This document shows, one piece after another, positions 16,132-25,142 of a stretch of 64,000 bases of DNA. The stretch is from Candidatus Xenobia bacterium (GTDB lineage: Bacteria > Acidobacteriota > Terriglobia > Acidiferrales > 2-02-FULL-67-57), in NCBI GenBank assembly GCA_035573715.1, contig DATLZZ010000010.1, forward strand, positions 246,746-310,745. The letters are read 5' to 3'. The position numbers and the translations under genes are program-made. Within the stretch, counting starts at the first letter, position 1. Each line of letters opens with the position of its first letter. The notes under the pieces are model-generated. The model saw only the letters and a list, made by a program, of their open reading frames with translations, made no database searches and was not told the origin of the DNA.

Positions 16132-19100
16132 ATGGCGATGCGCCGGCGAAGACGAGTGGCAGTAGTTGTCTTCGTCCTGGGTGTGTTGCTGACCACCGTT
16201 TTCCTGTGGGTCTTTGTTTCTTCCACCGGGCAGGAAGCTGTCCGCCGGGCTCTCGAGCAGCAGACCGGCCTGACGGCGCGCGCGCAAAGTGTTGAGAGGC
16301 TGTGGCTGCCTCCCGGCGTCCTGATTCATGAAGTAGAGCTGGAAAGCGCCGGCCTCAGCCTCAAGGCGCGCGCGATGGAGGTTCGTGTAGCCTGGCTGCC
16401 GTTGCTGTGGGGCGAAGTCCGCGCCGGCGACATTCGCCTCACCGATGCCCGCCTCCACCTGAGTCCTCAGAGGGACGCCGCGGCCGCAGCCTCCGGCTTG
16501 CCGCGGGGCGCCGACTGGGAACTGAACAACCTTGACCTTTGGACGACCGTTGACGGCACTGAGAGGCAACTGTTGCACATTGACAGGGCCTCCTGGTCGC
16601 CCAGCCTGACGGAGAAGAGCCGTCTGGAGCTCTCCGGCTCCGCCGGTGACTCCGAGAGCTCGCGCATTCATATTCTGGGCGAAGCCACCGCCTGGCGCCC
16701 GCCGGCGCTCCCGGACGGCCGGCTCCAGCTCGAGCTCACGGAGTTTCCCGCACAGCCGTTGCTCGGACAAGTTGTCGGCGACTCCCGCCTGCTGGGTGCG
16801 GCGCGCTTGAACGGCAAGCTCACGGTGAACAGCAACACCGGCGCGGCCGAAAGCCAGGGCGCTTTGCAGGCAACGACGCCGGAAGGCGCGCAGCTCATCG
16901 CGCTCGACTTCAGGGCGCGCGCCACGCCGGCCCTGCTCACGCTCGACTCCGCTGCGGGCGAGCTGGCGGGAAACCGCTTCGAAGCCGCGGGCACCGCCGA
17001 CGGCTGGCAGGGAAGCGACCGCAAGACGGAACTTACGCTTCGCCTGCCCGATGCCCGCTTGGAGAAGGAGACGCGGTCGCAGATTCGCGCTGTGCTGGGT
17101 CGGGAGACGCTCGGCTTTGCTGAGAATGTCCGCGGGCGCTTCGCCGCCGAGCTGAAGCTGACGGAATCTGCCGGCCGCGCCCGCGTCGGCGGCCGCGCCG
17201 ACCTCAACGGCCTCACCTACGCCCGCAAGGGGATGCCGGCGCTGGAAGATATTCGCGGCCGGCTGGCGCTTGCGGGCGACGCAGTAGTGTTTGAGCAGGT
17301 CACGGCCAAGGCGTTCGACACGCTGACGCGCATCACCGGCCAGGCCCGCGGCGACCAGTTGGCGCTGCGCCTGGAGACTGACGACGTTCCCGCCGAGCGC
17401 ATCCTCGCCGAGCTGGCGCCCGACCTTCACTTGGCCGGCGTGCACGGCGTTGCGCGCTTGGAAGTCGACGTTGTTGGCCCGGCTGACCAGCCCACCCTCG
17501 CCGGCCGCGCTCACATCCGCGGTGTGGGCTTCGATCTGCGCCAGTTGCCGGTTCGCGGCGTCGAGGGCGAAGCTGCTTTTAACTCCGACCGGGTTCACTT
17601 CGAGTCGCTGCGCGGCCGCGCCGGCGGCTGCGAGGCGCGCGCCAGCGGCGAGACGCTGTTGGCGGCTTGGAGCAGCGGAACCATCGGCCAGGTCACGCTG
17701 CCGGAATGCGAGATCGCGCAAGTAGCCCATGTTGCCGAACTGGCGGGCATCGGCCGTTTCCCCGGCCTTGAGCCGGAGACGCTCGAAGGCCGCGGCACTG
17801 TGGCTCTCAGCTACGCGCACGAGCGTTGGCGCGCGGAACTGATGGTTCCTGGCGCGCGCTGGAGTCCTGCCTGGTTGGCCGCGCCGCTGGAAGATGTACG
17901 CGCCTCGGTGCGCATTGACCCCGAGGCCGTCCAGATTCGCAACCTCAGCGGGCGCTTCGGCTCCTCGCCCGTTCGCCTGCATGGCGAGGTCGGGCTGCGC
18001 GGAGCCGAGTCGGCCCCCTGGCAGATGGACCTTGAAGCTCATCTGACGCCGCAGGATGCCGAATCCCTCGTCCCCTCGCCTTGGCGCCGGTGGGTGCGCC
18101 TTGTGAATGAAGTGGAAGCGCGCGGCCGCCTGCGCGGCCAGCCCGAGGCCGTCACGCTCGAGGCCCAGATTCAAACCAACCCAACGCTGACCGCGTCGGC
18201 TGTTCCCGTTCCCGTGCCGGAGGCCGTGCCGGCCACCATTGACATTCGCGCTCGCTGGGACGATGTGGGCTTTGCGCTCGAGCGGTTCTCCGCTCGCTTT
18301 GGCAACACTGAGTTCAGCGGGCGTGGCTCACTCGAGCACAGTTCCGAACCTCAACTCGACTTCCACTTGCAGGCGCCGCCGGGCAGCTCGCTGGAAGAGC
18401 TGCTGGCGCTGGTCCGCTTGCCCGCGCCGTTGCAGTCGGCGCGCGGCAAGGCCGCAGTGGATCTCACCTTGCGAGGCTCGCTCGCCAACCCCCAATGGGC
18501 CGGCATGGTCGAACTGGCGGAAGTCTATCTGCCGAATGTGCTCGCTGAGCCGGTGCAGATGAAGGGTCGCCTGCTCCTCTCGGCCGACGGCCTTAGCCTC
18601 GACCGTGTGCGGATCACACAACCTTCCGGCGAGCTGGCAGTCAACGGGCGGCTGCGCTCCGAAGGGGTGTCCACGATCGAGATCGCCGGCGCCGCGGCCA
18701 ACCTCGACGACTTCTTCAGCCAGTGGCAGGGCGGTTCATTCAACTGGTCGGAGCAAACTTTTCTGCGCGAGCATCCCTTCCAGGTTTCGCTGGCGCTGGA
18801 GCGCGCGCAGTTTCTGGACCTCACCTTCACCCACGTGCGCGGGCGGCTCGAGCAGTCGGAGGGGAAGCTCAGCCTGAGCATCCCCCATTTCGGGCTGGGC
18901 TCGGGTCACGGCCGGCTGGAGGGAAGCGTCGAGCCGGCGGACGACCAGTTGCGCGCCAGCCTGGAACTGAACCAGGTTCCCGTCGAAATGCTGCTGGGCG
19001 ATTTCCTCAAAGCCCAGCGCATCGTCACCGGCCCACTCGACCTCCACGTGGAGCTGACCGGCCCCGTGGGCTCGCGGCAGGACTACTTGCGCACCGCCAG

Positions 19101-19566
19101 CGGCCTGGCTCGCTTCACCGTCACCCAGGGCCGCATTCAGAAGGGCACGCTGCCGGAACGTCTGTTCGCCCTGGCCGTGCTGCTGCGCGAGGGTCCCTTC
19201 GGCTGGGGCCTCTTGAGCCTGGGCAAGGTCTGGAACCCGCCCAACCTGCGCAAGTTCGACACCTGGAGCGGAACGCTGGAGCTGAGGGAAGGGAAGGCGG
19301 AGCTGGTGGAGAGCAATCTGGTTTCGAACACCTACAACGTGAACCTGCAAGGCGAAGTGGATATGCAGGCCGGCACGATGCAACTGCACGGCGAGGGCAA
19401 CTTCCACCCGCCTTACCAGTTCGACTTCAGCATCAAGAGCATGGTAGAAGGCCTAGGGCGGCTCTTCCAGATTGTGCGCGGGCGTAAGGGACACAACTTT
19501 GAATTCGACGTCGCCGGCGAACTGGCCGGCACCAAGCGCATCGAAAACTTCCGCTTCAAGGATTGA
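16132..19566 (+). CDS. AsmA/TamB-like giant envelope protein
   Basis: ATG 16132 gives MAMRRRRRVAVVVFVLGVLLTTVFLWVF (N-terminal anchor). It is followed by about 1100 aa of repetitive beta-rich sequence of the AsmA-family type. The track start at 15919 overlaps panC. Confidence 0.6.
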   Translation: MAMRRRRRVAVVVFVLGVLLTTVFLWVFVSSTGQEAVRRALEQQTGLTARAQSVERLWLPPGVLIHEVELESAGLSLKARAMEVRVAWLPLLWGEVRAGDIRLTDARLHLSPQRDAAAAASGLPRGADWELNNLDLWTTVDGTERQLLHIDRASWSPSLTEKSRLELSGSAGDSESSRIHILGEATAWRPPALPDGRLQLELTEFPAQPLLGQVVGDSRLLGAARLNGKLTVNSNTGAAESQGALQATTPEGAQLIALDFRARATPALLTLDSAAGELAGNRFEAAGTADGWQGSDRKTELTLRLPDARLEKETRSQIRAVLGRETLGFAENVRGRFAAELKLTESAGRARVGGRADLNGLTYARKGMPALEDIRGRLALAGDAVVFEQVTAKAFDTLTRITGQARGDQLALRLETDDVPAERILAELAPDLHLAGVHGVARLEVDVVGPADQPTLAGRAHIRGVGFDLRQLPVRGVEGEAAFNSDRVHFESLRGRAGGCEARASGETLLAAWSSGTIGQVTLPECEIAQVAHVAELAGIGRFPGLEPETLEGRGTVALSYAHERWRAELMVPGARWSPAWLAAPLEDVRASVRIDPEAVQIRNLSGRFGSSPVRLHGEVGLRGAESAPWQMDLEAHLTPQDAESLVPSPWRRWVRLVNEVEARGRLRGQPEAVTLEAQIQTNPTLTASAVPVPVPEAVPATIDIRARWDDVGFALERFSARFGNTEFSGRGSLEHSSEPQLDFHLQAPPGSSLEELLALVRLPAPLQSARGKAAVDLTLRGSLANPQWAGMVELAEVYLPNVLAEPVQMKGRLLLSADGLSLDRVRITQPSGELAVNGRLRSEGVSTIEIAGAAANLDDFFSQWQGGSFNWSEQTFLREHPFQVSLALERAQFLDLTFTHVRGRLEQSEGKLSLSIPHFGLGSGHGRLEGSVEPADDQLRASLELNQVPVEMLLGDFLKAQRIVTGPLDLHVELTGPVGSRQDYLRTASGLARFTVTQGRIQKGTLPERLFALAVLLREGPFGWGLLSLGKVWNPPNLRKFDTWSGTLELREGKAELVESNLVSNTYNVNLQGEVDMQAGTMQLHGEGNFHPPYQFDFSIKSMVEGLGRLFQIVRGRKGHNFEFDVAGELAGTKRIENFRFKD

Positions 19567-19631
19567 GAGAGGTGCTGATGCATCTTTTACTGGCACTGAA
19601 CCCATCTAATAATGCGAATGAGGGAAAAGCT

Positions 19632-19934
19632 ATGAGCCGACGCGACCGCAAGGTTATTATCCTGGCCGCCCTGATGGCCGCTCTGCTGAGCCTGGCCGCG
19701 GCCGTGGCTGTCTTTGCCAAGGCCACCGAAGACGACGTGGCCAAGGTCAAGCCGGGCATGTCCCGCGCCGAAGTGCTCGACATCATGGGCAAGCCCGACA
19801 AGGACCAGGAAGTGAAGGACGAGGGCGAGCTTTGCCGGCTCCTTGCCTACAAGTCGGTCGGCCGCTACAGGGTCGTCAACATCTGGTTCGACTGCGCCGA
19901 CAAGGTCAAAGCCGTCGACAAAGTCGCTCGCTAA
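19632..19934 (+). CDS. Small membrane-anchored BamE/SmpA-OmlA-like protein
   Basis: MSRRDRKVIILAALMAALLSLAAAVAVFA followed by VKPGMSRAEVLDIMGKPD, the signature of BamE-like domains. Confidence 0.55.
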   Translation: MSRRDRKVIILAALMAALLSLAAAVAVFAKATEDDVAKVKPGMSRAEVLDIMGKPDKDQEVKDEGELCRLLAYKSVGRYRVVNIWFDCADKVKAVDKVAR

Positions 19935-20013
19935 CCCCCCTGCTGTCTTCCTGAGCGGAGTCCGGGCCGCCGCAGGCGGGTCGGCGAAGGCGAAGGATCT
20001 GCCTTTCCATCTC

Positions 20014-20472
20014 CTACTCCAGCGAGGCCAGAACCTCCGCCGCGTGTTTCCCGGGTCTCACCTTGTCGAACACTTTCTTCACTTTGCCGTCCGGCCCGAT
20101 GAGCACCGTCGTGCGCACGATGCCCATGAACTTCCTCCCCAGAAAACTCTTCTGCTGCCACACGCCATAGGCCTTGAGCATTCCCTTCTCGGGGTCGCTC
20201 AGCAGCGTGAAGTTCAGCTTGTGTTTCTTCTTGAACTTCGCCAGCGTCTCCGGCTTGTCCGCCGAGCAGCCCAGGACGATGGCGTTCTTGCGGGCAAAGG
20301 CGTCGCGGGCGTCACGAAACTCGTGCGCCTCAATGGTTCACCCCGGCGTCATCGCTTTGGGGAAGAAAAACAGGACCACGTGGTGCCCCTTGAAGTCGCT
20401 CAGTTTGAGGCTCGTCCCTTCGTCGGTCGTCAGCCTAAACGCCGGCGCCGCCGCCCCTTCCTTCAACCCCAT
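20014..20472 (-). CDS. bcp: Bcp-type peroxiredoxin with in-frame TGA at the peroxidatic Cys position (candidate selenoprotein, or a pseudogene)
   Basis: Absent from the ORF track. My translation is MGLKEGAAAPAFRLTTDEGTSLKLSDFKGHHVVLFFFPKAMTPG[TGA]TIEAHEFRDARDAFARKNAIVLGCSADKPETLAKFKKKHKLNFTLLSDPEKGMLKAYGVWQQKSFLGRKFMGIVRTTVLIGPDGKVKKVFDKVRPGKHAAEVLASLE*. Codon 45 (complement of 20338-20340) replaces the Cys of the universal TPGCT motif. GAGGAGGG RBS upstream. Confidence 0.8.
20308..20329 (-). promoter_or_regulatory. SECIS-like hairpin downstream of the Bcp UGA
   Basis: The mRNA reads UGA-ACCAUUGA-GGCGCACGA-GUU-UCGUG-A-CGCC. That is a 5-bp plus 4-bp stem with a bulged A and an apical loop beginning with G. 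The loop G is about 20 nt from the U of UGA. Confidence 0.45.
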
Positions 20473-20496
20473 CGGAGTCCCTCCTCAACGCGGATT

Positions 20497-20868
20497 CTAC
20501 CACTTCCCGTTTCGCCGCCGGGCGAACCGCAGCCCGTGTACGCCCAGGATTGCTAGGCAGATCGCCACCGCCACCCACGTCAACAATTGCTGCGACACGT
20601 CGGGGTAGATGACCGACTCGAGATAGTGGATCAGGAAGGATTCCGTGTAGGGCGTTTGGCCCGCGCGCTGGAGCGACCAGTTTTCGAGCAGCGTCAGCGG
20701 GCACGGCCACAGCAACAGCTCAATGAGAATCCCGTAGACCACCGAGCCGATGTGCAGCCAGCGCAGCAGCGGTCGCCCGCGGGTCGCCAGCCATCCCAGC
20801 AGCACCCACAGAATCCACGCCGCGTGCAGCGTAAACGCCGCTATCGCCAGAACGTGGTAGATTCTCAC
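20497..20868 (-). CDS. DUF2784-like small membrane protein
   Basis: VRIYHVLAIAAFTLHAAWILWVLLGWL...LHIGSVVYGILIELLLWPCPLTLLENWL.R. I prefer the GTG start at 20868 because the track start at 20949 would overlap the divergent permease gene. Confidence 0.6.
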   Translation of the reverse strand: MRIYHVLAIAAFTLHAAWILWVLLGWLATRGRPLLRWLHIGSVVYGILIELLLWPCPLTLLENWSLQRAGQTPYTESFLIHYLESVIYPDVSQQLLTWVAVAICLAILGVHGLRFARRRNGKW

Positions 20869-20907
20869 GGCCGTTGAACCGATTGTATCCCGTCGGAGGC
20901 TCGCTCG

Positions 20908-22221
20908 ATGGCTGAATTCTTGCGCCGCTTCTTCCAGCTCGACGCCCACGGCACCACGGTGCGCCGCGAAGTCGTCGCCGGCGTCACCACCTTCGTCACC
21001 ATGGCCTACATCATCGTGGTCAACCCGGCGATTCTCTCCGCCGCCAAGATTCCCGCCGGACCTTCAATGGTGGCGACGATTCTCACCGCTGTCTTTGGCA
21101 CGCTGCTGATGGGCTTCTTCGCCCGCCGCCCCTTCGCCATCGCCCCCTACATGGGCGAGAACGCCTTCATCGCCTACACAGTTGTCGTGGGGCTCGGTTA
21201 CACCTGGCAGCAGGCTCTCGCTTCGGTCTTCCTCGCCGGTGTGCTATTCATCCTCTTGACCGTGGCGCGGGTGCGCCAGTGGCTGGTCGAAGGCGTCCCG
21301 GCCGGCCTGCGCTACAGCTTCGCGGTCGGCGTCGGCCTGTTCATGACCTTCATCGGCTTGAACGAAACCGGCATCGTGCGCCTCGGCGTCGAAGGGGCGC
21401 CGGTGCGCATGGGCGCGTTCACGTCCGCGCCGGTATTGATCTCGCTCCTCGGTTTTGTGCTGATCGTGGCGATGATGATTCTCAAGCTGCGCGGCGCCAT
21501 GCTTCTCGGTGTGCTGGCGACCGCCGCCATCGCCTTCGCCACCGGTGTCGCCCAGGCGCCCGATGCCTGGCTCAGTGCCCCGCCCAGCCTCGCGCCCATC
21601 TTCTGGCAGCTTGATTTCTCCGCGCTCTGGAGCGTCGGGTTTCTGGCGGTGATGCTGACGACGTTCGTGATGGCGTTCGTGGATACGATGGGCACGCTCA
21701 TCGGCGTCTCTGCTCGCGCCGGATTCCTCGACGCCGAAGGCAATCTGCCGCAGATTGAGCGCCCCATGCTGGCCGATGCGCTCGCCACCACGTTCGCTGC
21801 CGCGGTGGGAACGACTACCGCCGGCGCTTACATCGAATCCGCCACCGGCGTCGAAGCCGGCGGCCGCACCGGCTTGACCGCCATCGTCACGGCGCTGCTG
21901 TTTTTGCTGGCGCTCTTCTTCGCGCCCGTTGTCGCCGCCATTCCGCCGCAGGCCTACGGCCCGGCGCTGATCGTGGTTGGCTTGCTGATGGTCAGTCCGA
22001 TTACTCGCGTCAACTTTGATGACCTCACAGAATTGGTGCCTGCGTTCGCTACCGTCGCGCTGATGAGCTTCAGCTTCAACATCGGCGTCGGCATGACCGC
22101 CGGCTTCGTGCTCTATCCTTTTTGCAAGCTGGTCGCGGGCCGCGCTCGCGAAATCAAGCCCGGCCTCTGGGTTCTCTTCGCGCTCTCGCTGCTCTTTTAC
22201 GCCTTCTATCCCTATCGCTAA
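20908..22221 (+). CDS. NCS2/AzgA-family purine (adenine/guanine/hypoxanthine) permease
   Basis: MAEFLRRFFQLDAHGTTVRREVVAGVTTFVTMAYIIVVNPAILS... Multi-TM, 437 aa. Confidence 0.88.
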   Translation: MAEFLRRFFQLDAHGTTVRREVVAGVTTFVTMAYIIVVNPAILSAAKIPAGPSMVATILTAVFGTLLMGFFARRPFAIAPYMGENAFIAYTVVVGLGYTWQQALASVFLAGVLFILLTVARVRQWLVEGVPAGLRYSFAVGVGLFMTFIGLNETGIVRLGVEGAPVRMGAFTSAPVLISLLGFVLIVAMMILKLRGAMLLGVLATAAIAFATGVAQAPDAWLSAPPSLAPIFWQLDFSALWSVGFLAVMLTTFVMAFVDTMGTLIGVSARAGFLDAEGNLPQIERPMLADALATTFAAAVGTTTAGAYIESATGVEAGGRTGLTAIVTALLFLLALFFAPVVAAIPPQAYGPALIVVGLLMVSPITRVNFDDLTELVPAFATVALMSFSFNIGVGMTAGFVLYPFCKLVAGRAREIKPGLWVLFALSLLFYAFYPYR

Positions 22222-22270
22222 GGGAAGAAGAAGCGCCCGGAGTGGGGTGTCCGGGGCCGTGAGTAAGCGG

Positions 22271-22345
22271 TGGCTGGGGCGCCTGGATTCGAACCAGGAC
22301 CTCTGGATTAACAGTCCAGCGTGCTGCCAGACGCACTCCGCCCCA
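22271..22345 (-). tRNA. tRNA-Asn (anticodon GTT), CCA encoded
   Basis: The reverse complement folds as a cloverleaf. Acceptor TGGGGCG/CGCCCCA, D stem GTGC/GCAC, anticodon stem CTGGA/TCCAG with loop CTGTTAA, T arm CCTGG-TTCGAAT-CCAGG, discriminator G, CCA. 75 nt. Confidence 0.93.
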
Positions 22346-22347
22346 AA

Positions 22348-23040
22348 CTAGAGGTCGGGCTTGCCGTCCCGCGTCACCATCTTGCGCAGGTCAAACGTAG
22401 CCTCGATCTCGTTCTTGCCCACGCGGCAGTGGAACTCAACCTTGTTTTCTGTCGCCGGAATCACCGGCTTGCCCTCGGCCTCGCGGGGGAAAAAGATGAA
22501 GACCTGCGCCAGCCGCCCGCCGGGCCGGAAAAACTGCACCTGGTCAGGCGTTACGCGCATCTTGCTCGATTTGAGTTCCAGATACGCTGCCGCCTTCGTG
22601 CCTTCTTCCTTTATTTCTTCGAACCCGGTCATATTCGATCCAAGCACTGACAGAATGTAGGAGGGCGGCGCCGCGGCTAGCATCGCCTTGGAGTTTTCCG
22701 GATCCTCGCGCCCGGCCAATTGCGCGCTCCGCACCTGCGCCTGGCGCATCGTCAGGGCCGACGCCCACTGCACCAGATACCTGGCTTGTACTTGCGGCCC
22801 GGCGGTGTCGCTCATCGGCTTGGTGCCGGAAACTTCCGAGCGCGCAATCGCTCCTTCGCCGGGTCCGCTTGTGCCCAGCACTTCGATCAGGCGCGCCCAG
22901 GGGGAGTCCTGGACGACTCTCTCCACCTCCTTCTGCGTCCATTCCGTGTAGGGCTTGTCCTTCCACGGCTCGGCCGCCCACAGCAGCCCGACACAGAGGA
23001 GAACAAGTAGTGCAACCCGTCCCGCCTGTTCCACCTTCAT
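22348..23040 (-). CDS. Secreted hypothetical protein
   Basis: Signal peptide MKVEQAGRVALLVLLCVGLLWAA, then EPWKDKPYTEWTQKEVERVVQDSPWA. The composition is protein-like. I recognise no family. Confidence 0.6.
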   Translation of the reverse strand: MKVEQAGRVALLVLLCVGLLWAAEPWKDKPYTEWTQKEVERVVQDSPWARLIEVLGTSGPGEGAIARSEVSGTKPMSDTAGPQVQARYLVQWASALTMRQAQVRSAQLAGREDPENSKAMLAAAPPSYILSVLGSNMTGFEEIKEEGTKAAAYLELKSSKMRVTPDQVQFFRPGGRLAQVFIFFPREAEGKPVIPATENKVEFHCRVGKNEIEATFDLRKMVTRDGKPDL

Positions 23041-23083
23041 CGCAATCCTCCTCGTTTCAACCTAGCTGGCACGGCCGGTTCTG

Positions 23084-23554
23084 TCAATCGCGCCTCAGGC
23101 GAGGAATCCAGCGCGGCACGCGCCGGCAGTACTGGCGGTACTTCTCGCCGAAGCGCCGCTCCATGTCCGGTTCTTCGTAGTAGGGAACGAACAGCGAGAG
23201 AAACAGAACGAACAGCGCCAGGCCGAACCATAGGCCCAGCGAGCCTAGCCCCAGCGCCAGCCCCGTCAGAATAGCGCCCACGCCGTACATCATCGGGTTG
23301 CGCACGTAGCGGTACGGCCCGGCTATCACCAGGCGCCTGGTCTTGGCGGTGAACGGATGCGCCGTGCCTTTGCCGATGTCTATAAAAAGCAGGTTGCACC
23401 AACCTGCCAGCAGGCTCCCCCCCGCCACCAGCAGGAATCCGGCCGTGGGATAGTGGGGCCCGCGCCAGCCCATCCGCCGGTCCAACCACAGCCAGAAAAA
23501 AACCAGCGACACGACCAGGGCGGGGAACCAGACGAACTGAAAGAACGCTTTCAT
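23084..23554 (-). CDS. Isoprenylcysteine carboxyl methyltransferase (ICMT)/PEMT-family membrane methyltransferase
   Basis: Start at ATG (complement 23552-23554), giving MKAFFQFVWF. Signature GPYRYVRNPMMYG...EEPDMERRFGEKYRQYCRRVPRWIP. Confidence 0.8.
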   Translation of the reverse strand: MKAFFQFVWFPALVVSLVFFWLWLDRRMGWRGPHYPTAGFLLVAGGSLLAGWCNLLFIDIGKGTAHPFTAKTRRLVIAGPYRYVRNPMMYGVGAILTGLALGLGSLGLWFGLALFVLFLSLFVPYYEEPDMERRFGEKYRQYCRRVPRWIPRLRRD

Positions 23555-23565
23555 CGCGTCTCGGA

Positions 23566-25038
23566 CTACGCGAGCAGGCGTTTCAGGGTGTCGTTGACCA
23601 GTTGCGGGTTGGCCTGCCCGCGCGAGGCCTTCATCACTTGGCCGACAAAGAACGCGAACAGCGCCGTCTTGCCCTTCTTGTAAGCCTCGACCTGTTGCGG
23701 GTTCGCTTCCAACGCCTGCCGGCAAAGCTTTTCAATCTCGCCTGCGTCGGTGACCTGCTCCAGCTTCTCGGCGGCGATGATTTCCTTGGCCGAGTTGCCG
23801 GTGGAGAACATCTTCGCGAAGACAGTTTTCGCCATCTTTCCGGAGAGCGTCCCGGCCTCCACCAGGCCAAGCAGCTCGCCCACAGCAGCCGGCGCGACCG
23901 GGGACTCCGTTATCTCTTTGCCCGCTTCCTTCAGCAACGCCAGCAGCTCCGATTGAATCCAGTTGGCTGCCGCCTTGGCATTCGGCGACGCTTGGGCCGC
24001 CGCCTCGAAGTAGTCGGCCAGCGCCCGCGTAGCGGTCAACACGCCGGCGTCGTAGTCCGTCAGTCCGTAGTCGCGCACAAACCGCGCCCGCCTGGCCGCG
24101 GGCAGCTCCGGCATCTCGCGGCGTATCTTCTCCCGCCAGGCGGCGTCAATCACCGGCGGCAGCAGGTCAGGCTCGGGGAAGTAGCGGTAATCGTGCGCGA
24201 ACTCCTTCGAGCGCATCGGCTCGGTGCGCCCAGCGGCCACGTTGAAGAGCCGCGTCTCCTGCTCCACCGTGCCGCCGTTTTCCAGCAGCGTCACCTGGCG
24301 GTCAATCTCGTACTCCAGCGCCCGCACCAGATACCGGAACGAGTTCAGGTTCTTGACCTCCGTTTTGACGCCGAACTTTTCCGCGCCCCGCCGCCGCACG
24401 CTCAGGTTGGCATCGCAGCGCAGCGAGCCTTTCTCCATATCGCAGTCGCTGACTTCGATGTATTCGAGGATTTGCTTCAGAGTGGTCAGATACTCGTAGG
24501 CCTCCGCGGGCGAGCGCAGGTCGGGCTCGCTGACGATTTCAATCAGCGGCACCCCGCAGCGGTTGAAGTCAAGGTAGGTGTTGCGGTCGGAGTCAGGGAA
24601 ACCCTCGTGCAGCGACTTGCCCGCGTCCTCTTCCAGGTGCACGCGCGTAATCCCCACCCGCTTTATGCCGTCGTTGAGCCGGATTTCCAACCCGCCGCGC
24701 TCGCTGAGCGGCAGCTCGTACTGAGAAATCTGGTAGCCCTTCGGCAGGTCGGGATAGAAATAATTCTTGCGCGCAAAGCGCGACCGCTCTCGCACCTCGC
24801 AGTTCAGCGCCAGCGCCGCTCGCACGGCCAGCTCCAGCGCCTGCTGGTTCAGCACCGGCAGCGAGCCCGGCAGGCCAAGACACACCGGACAGACGTTGGT
24901 GTTGGGCGGGTCACCGAAGCGCGTCGAGCAACCGCAGAAAATCTTCGACGCCGTCCTGAGCTGGACGTGCACCTCCAGCCCAATAACCGGCTCGTAGTCT
25001 TGCGCCACCGTCGCGAGTTGTTCCCGCGTCAACCCCAT
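23566..25038 (-). CDS. gatB: Asp-tRNA(Asn)/Glu-tRNA(Gln) amidotransferase subunit B
   Basis: Start at ATG (complement 25036-25038). [35 protein letters not shown]...[19 protein letters not shown]. Confidence 0.95.
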   Translation of the reverse strand: MGLTREQLATVAQDYEPVIGLEVHVQLRTASKIFCGCSTRFGDPPNTNVCPVCLGLPGSLPVLNQQALELAVRAALALNCEVRERSRFARKNYFYPDLPKGYQISQYELPLSERGGLEIRLNDGIKRVGITRVHLEEDAGKSLHEGFPDSDRNTYLDFNRCGVPLIEIVSEPDLRSPAEAYEYLTTLKQILEYIEVSDCDMEKGSLRCDANLSVRRRGAEKFGVKTEVKNLNSFRYLVRALEYEIDRQVTLLENGGTVEQETRLFNVAAGRTEPMRSKEFAHDYRYFPEPDLLPPVIDAAWREKIRREMPELPAARRARFVRDYGLTDYDAGVLTATRALADYFEAAAQASPNAKAAANWIQSELLALLKEAGKEITESPVAPAAVGELLGLVEAGTLSGKMAKTVFAKMFSTGNSAKEIIAAEKLEQVTDAGEIEKLCRQALEANPQQVEAYKKGKTALFAFFVGQVMKASRGQANPQLVNDTLKRLLA

Positions 25039-25044
25039 TGCAGA

Positions 25045-25050
25045 ATTATA
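25045..25050 (-). promoter_or_regulatory. Candidate -10 box (TATAAT), 6 nt upstream of the gatB ATG
   Basis: The minus strand reads CGGCTATAATTCTGCAATG. No Shine-Dalgarno can fit in the gap. Confidence 0.35.
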
Positions 25051-25142
25051 GCCGAAGCTCCAACCGTTGCCCGGCCGGCTTGCCCGAGCTTGTCGAAGGG
25101 GAGGCTCTCGCCCCCAAAGAAAGAGAATCCCACCTGCACAGA

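Noticed and set aside
16033-18174. 713-aa minus-strand ORF, plus similar long shadow ORFs at 33053-35035 (minus), 36275-38182 (plus), 54148-55686 (plus) and 59707-61911 (plus)
   Set aside because: All are antisense to genes with strong family signatures (AsmA-like, preA/M28, NCS1/HAD/lhgO, gnd/pgl, ccmF). All show the typical Arg/Ala/Gly/Leu-rich shadow composition.
19843-20556. 237-aa plus-strand ORF over the Bcp region
   Set aside because: Its composition is shadow-like. The opposite strand encodes a complete Bcp peroxiredoxin once the single TGA is read through.
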